Below are positions 13,001 to 23,578 of a stretch of DNA of 64,000 bases, piece after piece. The stretch spans positions 13,206,001-13,270,000 of the forward strand of contig NC_088815.1 of NCBI RefSeq assembly GCF_011386835.1, in the 5' to 3' direction. Under the pieces are notes generated by a model. That model was not told the origin of the DNA. It saw only the letters and a list, made by a program, of their open reading frames with translations, and did no database searches. A program made the translations under genes and the position numbers. The DNA comes from Chrysemys picta bellii. Taxonomy: Eukaryota. The stretch's first letter is position 1, and the number at the start of each line of letters is the position of its first letter.

Positions 13001-16000
13001 TAGTCAGGCCCTGCTGACTGCAGGGATAAAGCTAACGTCCCTCTGAGGGGAAGGCGGGCAGTGCTGACGTACTGCCAGGGATGGATGGCACAAGGAGAGA
13101 GCCACAAACACAACTCCCGCCCTCAGGTGGCAGCGCCACACCCTGCCCGACGAGCCATAGGCAACCGGTTCCATAGTCACACTGGGAAGGAGTCCAGAGC
13201 CCCAAACCCTCCTGCAGACAGACTCCCCAGTCGCTCCAAAGGGGGTGCAGGAGGTTCCCCCGTGTGCCTGGGTTACAAGATCCACCGTCCCCAAGGGGCC
13301 CTGCAGGATCCGGCCCCTAAGCCCGTCTCCCTCGCTCTGGTGTTGCGGGGGAGGACTCACCGGGGGTACAAATCCAGGTAGAATTGCCCGATGGTCTTGC
13401 CCGAGGCGATGTCCTTCACCGAGTAGAGCTGGACGTCCTCGTGCCAGACCTGGGCGTGCTCCTCCGGGTGGAAGCTCAAGCCCAGCAGCTCCTGGTAGAT
13501 GTCCAGCAGGCCAGCAGTGACCACCTGCATGGGGAAATACTCCTTCAGCAGGTTCTGGTCCACGCTGTACTTGGTCTCCTCCACCTGGTTCATGTAGTAG
13601 CGCATGTCCCAGGCGTTGATGCGGGCGTCAAACTCCAAGTCCCGCTTCTTGCACTCTTTCTTCTTCAGGTCCAGGATCACGGCCCGTTCCTTCTCCCCCA
13701 GGGGCTTCAGCTTCTGGGCCAGCTCATCTGGACGGACAAAGAGGGGGAAGGTGCATGAGAGAAGGATGTGCAGGAAAACCCAGCCCCGCCCCTTCCAAAG
13801 CCAGGTGCGGTACCTAAGAAGGAAGCCACGGTCTTGCTGGTTTTCGCCATGTTCATTTCCAGCACGAAATCAGCGTGCGTGTCGAAGCCCAGGAGGTCGG
13901 ATTTCTGAGCCCGCAGGTCCACCAGCTCCTTGAGGATCATGCAATTCTCCTGCAACGGAGAAGAAAGCGCAGCCCGTGGAGCTGGAAGTGCCGGGCAGGG
14001 AGGAGGCACGAAGGCCAAGGTGGAACAGAGCAGCCATCCCGGGAAAGCAGCAGCAAGTTAGCGCCCTCACGCCCAAAGGCTAGGCTAGGACCCCCCAAGC
14101 CAGACAGCCCAGCCAGAGCCTCCACCACCCTTTCAAACCCTGGGCTTCTCCACGGAGAATGCTCATTGGCATGGCGGGTTGGGTGGCTTCTCCACTGAGA
14201 ATGCTCATTGGCATGGCGGGTTGGGTGGCTTCTCCACTGAGAATGCTCATTGGCATGGCGGGTTGGGTGGCTTCTCCACGGAGAATGCTCATTGGCATGG
14301 CGGGTTGGGTGGCTTCTCCACTGAGAATGCTCATTGGGATGGCGGGTTGGGTGGCACAGGCCCCTGGCCTGAGTCCCACCACGCTTGTTTCAAATGGGCC
14401 ACTGAACTGTCCTCAGATGATGGTGCAGTCGCCACTGATCTGGGCCAGGGTGACGCTTCCCCTGTGCCCTTGGCCAGTCGGCACCAAGGGGTTCCGGGCC
14501 ACATCTGGCACCGGTGACCTACATACGGAAACACTCTTTGGTGCTTGGCCCCCATGTCAATGGCCTGGATGGGAGGCTGCGGCTTAGGGTGAAAGCCAGT
14601 GCTGTGCTCTAGGCTAACAGGTTTGCGTGCTCAGGAGTTCTGCCCCAAGACCTTCATCCACCTACCTCCTTGCACCTGGAGTTGAACATTTCCTCCACCT
14701 TCCTCCTCGTCTCAGGCACGTAGCATTTCTTCATGAGGGGGAAATAGTGCGGGTACTTCAGGGTGACCTTCAGCTTGCCGTCCTCTGTCTTCTCCAGGGA
14801 GTTCAGGAAGTCCTCGGGGAGCCCCCCTGGAGGAGGAGAGGAGACAAAGACGGACGGACTTTGAGGGTTACCTGCAGACCCCCACACGGCCACGCCGCTC
14901 CCCAGGCAGTGCGCTCTGGGGCGGCTTAATCAGGAAGCACGAGAAGGACTGTCTGCCCTGCAAACCGGCGAGCGCACCAGCCAAAAGGGGCTGTAACCGG
15001 CAACTCTCACGCTGCTTCACCTGGACCGAAGCAAGCTCAGGTCAGCAGCAACTGCCAGTTATTTCTACTGGAAGATTCCCGCTTGATCGGGCAGTTACAG
15101 GGCGAGCTCGGAGGAGACGGATCATCGTCACAGAAGGGGGATGAACCAATCCGTGAAGACTGAGCGCCAGGAGAAGCAAATCTTCCTGGAGGCGCCAGTG
15201 GGCCCGGTTCCTCCGACCGCGAGCAGCCCTTACCCAGTTCCTCCTTGGAGAAGGGCAGGTAGGTGGTGTCTTCGTTCAGGTTCTTGTTGAAGTCGATGCA
15301 GAGCAGGCTCAGCCTTTTCTTAATGGCTTTGACTTTCTTTTGAAAAAAATATAGACAGACACGTCGTCAGAGCCAGCTGAACCGGGGGAGGAAGCAGAGC
15401 ATCGCCGTTGGCCGTGCGTGGTCAGGTCTGTGCGCATCCGGTCCCTTAGCGTTTGTTACTGGCTTCTCTCCAAACAGGGCTGGCTGTGCAGACACAGAGA
15501 TCTCAACCCGGGACAGGCAATCTTTGATCTCGCCTGCTGGAAGCCCGGCCATCACGCCCCGGGCCCGCCTGTGTGTGGCCAGCTCAAGGAGCGGTGGGTG
15601 TTTAAGGTCCGTCCGGCCATCGGCTGATTTCGTTTCCCCTGCTTGTCAAGTCCCCCAACCGCCCTCCAGCCCTTCCTGCTGCAGTGCGGCCCGTGAGAGG
15701 AGAGTTACCCTAGTCAAGCTAACTCTGCTCACTGTTCCCCAGCTCCCTTACAGAACCTCTGCCCCCCACATGCAAACTTCATGTTACTATCGCTCTCGGG
15801 CTGGGGGCGGCTGTCATTCCGAGGCTGCTATGTTCTACTGTGGCTCTCTTCACCCTGAATCCCTCAGGGTACAGAGATTAGCTCCCCAGGCTGACAGGTG
15901 TATTATCCCCACTTCACAGGAGGGAAAATCTGACTTGTCCTGAGTCAGTGATAGAGCCAGGAATAGAACCCAGGAGTCCAGACTGACAGTCTTCTGGTCT

Positions 16001-19000
16001 AGCCACGAGATCACACTCCTTTAGCCGTAGTTACCCCTCTGCACAGCTATTTACCATACTATTGACAGTCTCACCTCCTGCGTCTCCTCCGGGAGGTGAA
16101 GGCCATTTCGTTTACCCAGTTTAATCAGCCTCTCTAGATACCTCTTCGCTTCAGGCCTCAGGGAAGCACTTTCCGCCTTCTCCTGTCAGACAAAAAGGGG
16201 GAGAGTCCAGAGCTGAAGGGGCGACAGTGCAGGGAGTGGGGTTTGCTAATCTACAGCTGCGACACAGCCACAGCAAGTTATTTGTGTAGGTCCTACGCAC
16301 GGACTGTTTCAATGTCTGCGGACCCCGAACTAGAGGAAAACACCCCCCTAGAAGGGTTAGATTCAAGAGGCTGGTCCCCACAGATCCCAAAGCACATTAC
16401 AAATCATTAGCCAACCCTGAGCCTCCATGGGATGTAGGTCAAGGTCACCAGCCTGATTGTAAAGATAGGGAAACTGAGGCACAACAAAGGGCTGGGACTT
16501 GCTCAAGGTCACACAGTGAGTCAGAGCTGAGACTAGATCCCAGAAGTCCCAATTCCCCAGTCTCTTGCTCTAACTACTAGACGATATTGCCCTCACATTG
16601 TGATTTAGTTCTAAACTGAATAGGACCGACAGTAGGGAGAGGGACTCATTGAAATTAAAGGGAGGTCCCTGTGCACTCCCTGTTGGGATGCTGGGCCTGT
16701 CATCTACACAGCACTGTGAGCCACTCAGGTTATCCCCCCCCCGAACCTGGAGCCAGACGATCCTCTGGTACACGTCCTGCCTCATGCTCATCTCCACGTC
16801 GAAATCCGAGAGCTTTTTGTCTGCCTCCGTGCTCGCCGTGCGGATAGCTTTGTGAGGGGAGACGTGCTGGGGGAAGTCCAGCGTGTTCCTCTGAACTGAA
16901 ACGACAAAGCCAGGAGTTCAGGCTGCAGCAAGGGCCCCGGAGCGCTACAGTAGGTGCCGGTTTCACAGTCTGGAGCCTGACACATAGCCCAAGTGGGGAC
17001 AAGGCAAGCTGCTCCCACTGGCACGTCCCACACCTCACCCGGAACAACCCCTTCTAGCACGGAGTTCGAGCCGCCGCAGCTCATTCAGTCCTTGAGGTCT
17101 CTGTTGAGCCTCCTGGTCTCAGAGCCAGATCTGTGTGTCAACGCTACATTGCAAGTTCCTTGAAGCAAAGATCTTGGCTTCGGACTGCTCCGGAAAGCAT
17201 CACATGGCTCTGTTTGGCAATACTACGTAGGGCGTTGGTGACACCTGACCCTTGGCACCCAGCCTGCCATGACACACAGGCAGAGTGGTGTGGGGAAGCT
17301 CGCACAGCGGTTGCCTATCTAACTCCTGACTCTGACCGGTGCCATCTGTCTCCCATTTTTCATGAGCACTAGAATTCAAGCCCTAGTTCTAGGGGAAATC
17401 CTATGACGCTGTGGAGGCCAGACAATGTGTCCCTGTTAAAAGATGCTGCCCTATACACAACCACTGCTGTCTGCTTAACCGGAGAGACAGGATTAGACAG
17501 AGCACTGCTGGGTAATCAGGAAATACCTACACATCCCGTTTGCCACTCCCAGGAACTCGGGGGTTCAGGATTGGGCCCTGGGACTCTCCCTCAGGTCAGC
17601 GTGGGCTGGGAAGGATGCACCCAGCTATCACTGCAGAACTGGCATGGAGAACACCAGTGACATGCCAGCAAGGCACCTAGCAGTCAGAGTACCTAGTGCT
17701 CCCCTCCTAGAGATCACAGCGACTTTGTTGTGGGCGCTGGATCTACCTCAAGGGCTACACCTCCCGCAGCAAACCTCATTACTGTAACTCCTCACTGGAG
17801 CAATCAATGCTGGAAGCTGCATCATACAAAGAACTTGGGCGTTTTGCAACTCAGGGATTTGCTAATGTCCAGATAAAGTCCAGCGGGGTTGGATTTTGGC
17901 CAAAGATAACAGGGTAGGGGGAGGTGCTTTCGTTTGGTGAGGCGCTCCAAACTCTGATTTTTTTAATTGTTTAGTTGCTAGGAAGGTCTTTTGAGACAGA
18001 CTAAAAAAACCCCAAATAATCACATTTTAAAACAATGCAGTTCTAGCGTGGATGCTTCTCAAAGCCTCCGTGTCCACAGCCTGGGTTCTCCTTGCCCACT
18101 TCCAACTTCAGAAGGCAAAGGCAGGGAACATATCCCTTACCACCACTTCTGTGCAGCCCTGAACAACAAAACCCCGCAGCAGGGCACTGCTGTCCCCACA
18201 GATCCACCATGAGAATTCTCTGTTGAACAGAGAATTCGGGTGTGCCCGGAAAGGGCTGACAGGTCTGCAGATGTTAACACCATCTCTGCTTAGTAAGGAA
18301 TCGCCCACACACACTTGTTTTTTATGTGTGGGAAAATCAGAGAAGGAGAGTGCAAACTCATGACACTTCCCTTGCACCACTGGTGGTCAGACTAGGGAAA
18401 AAAGATACTGCCAGCAGGGAAGGTTGTCTGATTTATGCACCATTGAGAATAAACAGGTGTTACCCTGAGGCCAGCTTCATTTATAAACACGGTGTTATTT
18501 TTTCACAGCATTTTAACTGTAGTTCGAAAAAGAAATACATTGTTTACACAGAGAAGGGAGCTCACACCCACGTGTGCCCATCCCACATCTGATCATAGAA
18601 GCTAGAGATGGAAAAGCCCTGGTCCCCCAATCATCTTCCGGCCGATGCCTGGTTGTTTCCTACAGCACACTGTCGAGCCCTCTGTCCAGATACTGCAGCA
18701 ATAGGCAACTTCCAAGTCCTAAGTGTTGCTTTTAAAAATCACAACTAGTGGGGCTTCCAGCAGCTCCTCTTGGAAACCATCCCACTGCCAAACTCACCAT
18801 CAGGGAGATTTTTCCTGACATTCTGTCTCTGTTTCCCATCCAATTTCATCCCACTCTTCCTAGTTATGCCCCACTGTATAAACACTAATGAGGACATGTA
18901 AGAGAGAGGCTAGTGGAGTTATGCAAGGAAAAACCAATTATTCTAGACACTAGAGATGCATACGAGCTAAAAAGCACTCAGCTACTAACAAGAGCTATAG

Positions 19001-20520
19001 AGGGTTCCAGAAACCAGCCAAATCCTGTTCGTCCACGTACCTGTATATCCCACCTCTGCATCAGCCAGAGCTTTGAGGGTATTTTCATAGGAGACCTCCC
19101 CCTGCTCCTGGGAGCCCACCCGGTCATACACCTGCTTGGTCCTCTCTAGGAGCTCCACGGTCATGTTTTCTATTTGCTCTGCTGTCAGGTCCCATCTTAG
19201 TCGGTTCACTGGGGGTCTGTGGGACTGGCTGTCCACAACGTTACCTGAATAGGTAGGAAAGAGATCTACATATAAGATATTGCCCTAGAAAAGTGTGGCG
19301 AGCTCACCCACAGATTAATAAGGCAGGGACTCAAAAGACAGGTCTGGCAAATACCACAGACGCCCTGTAACAAGCTCAGAAGAGAACCCGATCTGTTTGA
19401 ACCAAAGAGTAAACGGAACTGTTTCCAGTCAATGTTTTACCCCCTCATTTATGGCAACCCCTGAACCAAAACTTGATCCCTTAATTACCCCACCCTCAAT
19501 CAGACACACATAGGTTTGTTATTGCAGGAGGGCTGGCACAGATCTGTGGCGGAGCTTTGAAACTTTGGTTTGGGGGGAAAGTAACACACACAAAGAATGA
19601 CAAAGAACTGGTGCAGCAGGGGGTAGGTGATGGGAAGATTACACCTTAGCACCTCAGTGTAGCCTTAATGAGGAGACCAGTGACTGCAGCAGACCCAGAT
19701 GCAGAGCTGCCACCCAGATGCTGCTGAGAGTAACTCCACAGCAGCGAGCTTTATCTCACTCCAGCCCGGCCTATCTCACTCCAGCCCGGCCGCCCTTTAC
19801 AAGCTGGGGAGCAGTCTCTCCTTGCTTGCAGGGGAAGTTTAAATAGAGAGTCGGGAGCAGATGCCCAACTGAGAGGCAGAGAGAGAGAGGAATATTGGTT
19901 GGAAAGCTTCAGATTTACAAGTGATCTCCTGTAGCCGAGCTGGTCCCTGGATATGAGAGAGACAAGGTGGGTGAGGTGAAACCTTTTACTCAACTGGAGC
20001 TGGTGCAATAAAGGGTATTACCTCACGCACCTGGTCTCGCCAACTTACAATCATCGAATTCCAGCTAAACCAGCCTCACCGCTTCCCATTCCCTCCACTC
20101 CGCCTTCCCATTCCCATCTCCTTTACTCTGCCCCCCTACCCCAACTTCCCATCCTCCTTCCCCCAGCTCCCCCCCCCACCCCAAACACTGCTTCCCCCGG
20201 CCCAACATTGACCTCGCTGCTCTTCCTCTCCGCACCCTACACACTGCCATCCCCCCAACCTATATCCTCTCCCTACTCCCCTCACCCTATACTTTGCCTC
20301 TGCCGTCTACATGCCCCCCACCTCCACATCCCCTCCCTAACCCTGCCTCCATGTCCACCCCCCACCCCAGCGCCATCTCCCCCTGCCCGATTCCCTTCCC
20401 CCCCATTACTCCCCCCCATCTGTTTTAATTCCTCAGCCCCAAGCAGCCCTTCTTACCCCTCCCCTGGCCCCCCACGTGGCCCTGCCTCCCCAGCTGGGGG
20501 GTACCTGTGGGGGGAGCCAT
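9895..20520 (-). CDS. THOP1: Thimet oligopeptidase (M3 metallopeptidase), 13 coding exons, 2058 nt, 685 aa
   Basis: Hand-spliced exons 20505-20520, 19041-19244, 16747-16895, 16075-16182, 15234-15336, 14666-14826, 13814-13949, 13361-13727, 12227-12428, 11510-11696, 11057-11185, 10304-10440, 9895-10053. All introns are GT-AG and the frame is continuous. Contains HEFGH (HEXXH), [12 protein letters not shown] and [24 protein letters not shown]. Confidence 0.97.
10304..10440 (-). CDS. THOP1: THOP1 exon 12 (137 nt)
   Basis: [46 protein letters not shown]. Confidence 0.97.
11057..11185 (-). CDS. THOP1: THOP1 exon 11 (129 nt)
   Basis: [43 protein letters not shown]. Confidence 0.97.
11510..11696 (-). 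CDS. THOP1: THOP1 exon 10 (187 nt)
   Basis: [32 protein letters not shown]...SRQANT. Confidence 0.97.
12227..12428 (-). CDS. THOP1: THOP1 exon 9 (202 nt, HEXXH zinc motif)
   Basis: [15 protein letters not shown]...[17 protein letters not shown]; |gtaagg donor. Confidence 0.98.
13361..13727 (-). CDS. THOP1: THOP1 exon 8 (367 nt)
   Basis: [19 protein letters not shown]...[12 protein letters not shown]...[10 protein letters not shown]; |gtgagt donor. Confidence 0.97.
13814..13949 (-). CDS. THOP1: THOP1 exon 7 (136 nt)
   Basis: [45 protein letters not shown]. Confidence 0.96.
14143..14355. repeat. 42-bp minisatellite, 5 copies, THOP1 intron 6
   Basis: Unit GGCTTCTCCAC(G/T)GAGAATGCTCATTGGCATGGCGGGTTGGGT; near-identical copies with no spacers. 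Confidence 0.97.
14666..14826 (-). CDS. THOP1: THOP1 exon 6 (161 nt)
   Basis: [29 protein letters not shown]...FNSRCKE; ccag|...|gtagg. Confidence 0.96.
15234..15336 (-). CDS. THOP1: THOP1 exon 5 (103 nt)
   Basis: [35 protein letters not shown]; aaag|...|gtaagg. Confidence 0.96.
15895..16020 (-). mobile_element. MIR-like SINE
   Basis: tattatcccacttcacag...gagccaggaatagaacccaggagtcc. Confidence 0.6.
16075..16182 (-). CDS. THOP1: THOP1 exon 4 (108 nt)
   Basis: [36 protein letters not shown]; gacag|...|gtgaga. Confidence 0.96.
16450..16590 (-). mobile_element. MIR-like SINE
   Basis: gggaaactgaggcac...gacttgctcaaggtcacacag core. Confidence 0.7.
16747..16895 (-). CDS. THOP1: THOP1 exon 3 (149 nt)
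   Basis: [14 protein letters not shown]...[20 protein letters not shown]; ag/gt flanks. Confidence 0.96.
18595..18875 (-). mobile_element. Old CR1 fragment in THOP1 intron 2
   Basis: Minus strand aactaggaagagtgggatgaaattg...gtcaggaaaaatctccctgatggtgag...gaagcccc resembles a decayed CR1 ORF2 end. Confidence 0.6.
19041..19244 (-). CDS. THOP1: THOP1 exon 2 (204 nt)
   Basis: ttcag|GTAAC...ACAG|gtacgt; [13 protein letters not shown]...[16 protein letters not shown]. Confidence 0.95.
19752..19791. repeat. 20-bp perfect tandem duplication
   Basis: tatctcactccagcccggcc x2. Confidence 0.9.
20505..20520 (-). CDS. THOP1: THOP1 coding exon 1 (MAPPT+G, 16 nt)
   Basis: Strong Kozak GCC-ATG-G; ATGGCTCCCCCCACAG|gtaccc; phase 1 joins exon 2. 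Confidence 0.85.
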
Positions 20521-21419
20521 GGCGTGCGGGAAGGGCGGATCCAGTGGGCCTGATCCTGCTACCGAGCTCGCCCCAGTCCGAGAAGCGCGGCGCAGCCCCA
20601 CGCACGGGAACTTGCTCTGGGTCCTGCTCAGCCACAGAAGCGGGGGGGGGGCGGAGAGAAGCGGGCGAAGTGAAGGATTCTGGGAGGGTGGAGGACTGCG
20701 CTTGGCCAACCCCGGGGAGGGGTGCGGGGGTGGGCACTGTGTGGCCTGGCCACGGCAGGGGGGCACCCCAAGGACGCCCAGCCCGAGAGGGCACTGCCCC
20801 CCCCGGACAGGACCAGGGCCCTGATCCTGCCCCCCCGCATGGGGGAACTGCTCTCTGCGGGCAACAGCGCGGGGGGGGGCTCAGCTCGAGGGGGGGGGGG
20901 CTGGTCCCTCAGAATTAGCCCCGGGGGGGGCACTGTGCTGGGGGGGGGGCTGCTGGACAAGGGGGGCAGAGGCCGGCGGGGGCCCAGCGCCTGGGGTGGG
21001 GGGCGGGGGCACACGCCCCGTGTCACAAAGCACGAGCGGAGGGGCGGAGCTCTCAGTGTGTGTGTGTGTGTGCGTGTGTCTTTAGCGCCGCCCCGCCCGA
21101 CATCTCTATGGTCCATCTCGGGGAAGAGCGGCTGCGTGAGCGACCCTCCGCGATCCCACAATGCATTGCTGCACAGCCACACACGTGTCAGTGCCCGATG
21201 GTAAGCGCCTGGCTCGGTAAGCACTTCCGGTTACACCCTTTCCGCTTCCGTGTGACGGTCCGGGGGGGGGGAGCGACGCGATGCGCCTGCGCGCCAGCTG
21301 GGGCTGGCCGGCCCCGCTCCTTTGCGCATGCGGCGCTGAAGGGAGGCTCCGGGGAAGCCTTGGCGCCTGCGCAGCTGGAGAGGAGGGCGGGTGGCCGGGA
21401 GGGGAGCGGGTCCTTGCGC

Positions 21420-21475
21420 GCTTGCGCAGTGTGCGCCTAGCGGTGGTGGGGGTGAGAGGAGCTCGGAGGCGCTTG
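21420..21475 (+). other. SGTA: SGTA non-coding exon 1 (start approximate)
   Basis: Donor CTTG|gtgagt at 21476 just downstream of the NRF1/ETS cluster; followed by a G-rich intron. Confidence 0.65.
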
Positions 21476-21987
21476 GTGAGTAGCAAGGGGCACTTGGGGG
21501 TGGCCCCCCCCCCGGGCTGGGGCGGGCTCCGTCCTCCTGCTCCCCCCGGGGACTCGGGAAGGTCCCCCCGGGAGCAGCCCCTCCCCCTCAGCCTCCCGTC
21601 TCTAGAGCGCTCTGCGGGGGGGGGGGCTCCTCTGGGGAGCTGGCTGGGGGGGGCCTCGGGGGCAGCCAGCTGTGGGAAGGGGGCGGGGTGCTGGGGAGGG
21701 GGCCGGCTGGGGAAGGAGGGGGGCTGGCGGGGGGGGTTGGCTGGGGAAGGAGGGGGGCTGGTGGGGGGGGGAGCCGCCTGGGGGGGTGAGGGGGGGGATA
21801 TCGGTTATTGAAACTGCCCTGGGACTCCTGTTTCCCAGGCGAGCTGTTTTCAGAAAGCAGCTGCTGGCCTGGGGCTTTCGGTCGGTCGGGGGTAAATAAC
21901 GGCTGGCAGCTGAGTCTGTTCGCTTGCAAGCGAATGTGGACGCTGTGATGCGCTGCCCAGCTCCTGTCTTGCACCCATCCCTGTGTA

Positions 21988-22204
21988 AAGAGCAACAGAG
22001 GGTCCGGTGGCACCTGTAAGACTAACAGACGTATTGGGAGCATAAGCGTTGGTGGGTGAACGCCCACTTCGTCAGACGCATGAAGTGGACAGTCACCCAC
22101 GAACGCTTATGCTCCCAATACTGCTGTTAGTCTTAAAGGTGCCACCGGACCCTCTGTTGCTTTGTACAGATTCAAACTAACACGGTTACCCCTCGGATAC
22201 TTGA
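21988..22204. mobile_element. Penelope-like element 3' end with inversion (copy 1)
   Basis: 68-nt inverted arms 21992-22059 / 22093-22160 with about 4 mismatches; terminal actaacacggttacccctcggatac; 12-bp flanking duplication catccctgtgta / catcgctgtgta. Confidence 0.8.
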
Positions 22205-22235
22205 CATCGCTGTGTAGTGTCTCTAGAAAACCCTT

Positions 22236-22751
22236 AGGCTTTGTCTGCACACCGAAGGTGTGCTGCCTTAACTACACCCCTGTAGCTAAATCAGTACAGC
22301 CACCTATTGTGAGTATAGTTACACCAGTATAAATATACCGTTGCAGCTTAATCTTATATGGGGAGGGGAATAAGCTTTACCAATAGAAGCATATTTATAC
22401 CAGTATAACTATCCTCACTATGGTTGGTACTAGTATAACTATAGTATTGGCCCAGAAATCACACCCCTAACCAACACCGTTATACCAATACCAAAACTGT
22501 GAGCAAGCTTGAAGCCATGTCTAAACTATACTATACCAGCAAAGCGCTCCCAGTGTGACACAGCTTATACTGACAAAGCACATTTTTACTGATCTAGCTT
22601 ATTCCACATACACTCAAACAAAACCAATAAACGTGCAGTTATGGCAGTATAACCCTATCTGTCTTAGCGGCTTCTTCCAGTACACGGGTCAAGGATCGCA
22701 CCTCTGTCCAACATAGCTATTCTGGCAGAAGTCTATAGTGTAGACATGGCC
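22236..22751. mobile_element. Two adjacent degenerate Harbinger-like MITEs (about 22236-22510 and 22513-22751)
   Basis: Second element has ends AGCCATGTCTAAACT / AGTGTAGACATGGCC (13/15 inverted match); both contain tataccagtata-type internal motifs. Confidence 0.6.
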
Positions 22752-22861
22752 TTTGAAAAAAGTACATCTCTGCATGAGTTCCTGGGCATTGGGGATAGTC
22801 TTATATGTTCTTAAATTTGATTAAAAGCAAGGGTGGCTACCTTGTATTGGAATAGCAGTGG

Positions 22862-23290
22862 TGACTCTGGAAAGAGGCTAGGACTTTTCAGCTTGGAAAA
22901 GAGGAGACTAAGGGGGGATATGATAGAGGTATATAAAATCATGAGTGATGTGGAGAAAGTGAATAAGGAAAAGTTATTTACTTGTTCCCATAATATAAGA
23001 ACTAGGGGCCACCAAATGAAATTAATGGGCAGCAGGTTTAAAACAAATAAAAGGAAGTTCTTCACACAGCGCACAGTCAACTTGTGGAACTTCTTGCCAG
23101 AGGAGGTTGTGAAGGCTAGGACTATAACAGGGTTTAAAAGAGAGCTGGATAAATTCATGGAGGTTAAGTCCATGAATGGCTATTAGCCAGGATAGGTAAG
23201 GAATGGTGTCCCTAGCCTCTGTTTGTCAGAGGGTGTTGATGGATGGCAGGAGAGAGATCACTTGATCATTGCCTGTTAGGTTCACTCCTC
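22862..23290 (+). mobile_element. CR1 LINE fragment (ORF2 C-terminus plus part of 3' UTR)
   Basis: LGLFSLEKRRLRGDMIEVYKIM...RTRGHQMKL...FFTQRTVNLWNFLP...FKRELDKFM is the canonical CR1 ORF2 end. Confidence 0.95.
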
Positions 23291-23578
23291 TCCCCCTCAC
23301 ACATGCATGCACTCACACAAGACTTAGGGAAGTTGCTAAATTTATGGATGATTGACCCTGTAAAATGATCTGACATGCCATCTGATTTATAGACTGGCCC
23401 CAAGTTTCAGGAAGGAGGAGAAGTTGTGGGTTAATAGTTACTCACCTGAACTGTCCATGGAGAATTGATAGGTAATGGTACTGAAGATTTTGATTGGGAT
23501 ATCTTTGTGTTTTTCTTTGCTTGTGGAGGAGATTCTAATCATTTTCAGTAGTTTCCATCTGGCAGGCACATAAATAGT

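Larger units (their letters stand above)
20480..21900. promoter_or_regulatory. CpG-island bidirectional promoter shared by THOP1 and SGTA
   Basis: High GC and CpG. GC boxes near 20998, 21040 and 21088; ETS-like ACTTCCGG at 21223-21230; NRF1-like TGCGCATGCG at 21323-21332 plus several GCGCNTGCGC variants. Lies between the THOP1 ATG and the SGTA first donor. Confidence 0.85.

Noticed and set aside
13384-13758. 124-aa plus-strand ORF antisense to THOP1 exon 8, and similar ones over exons 9-10
   Set aside because: Expected shadow frame from GC3-rich codon usage; no independent signals.
14143-14355. Regular 42-bp repeats resembling a CRISPR array, and periodic ORFs 14080-14382, 14159-14587 and 14179-14517
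   Set aside because: Units are contiguous with no unique spacers and the context is a vertebrate intron. The ORFs stay open only because 42 is a multiple of 3.
20208-21811. Many 100-236 aa ORFs across the THOP1/SGTA CpG island
   Set aside because: Stop-poor GC-rich DNA giving low-complexity G/P/R/A products; same for 41944-42576 and 58620-59453.
22833-23186. 117-aa ORF resembling a reverse-transcriptase C-terminus
   Set aside because: 5'-truncated CR1 fragment, not a host gene; listed as a mobile element.
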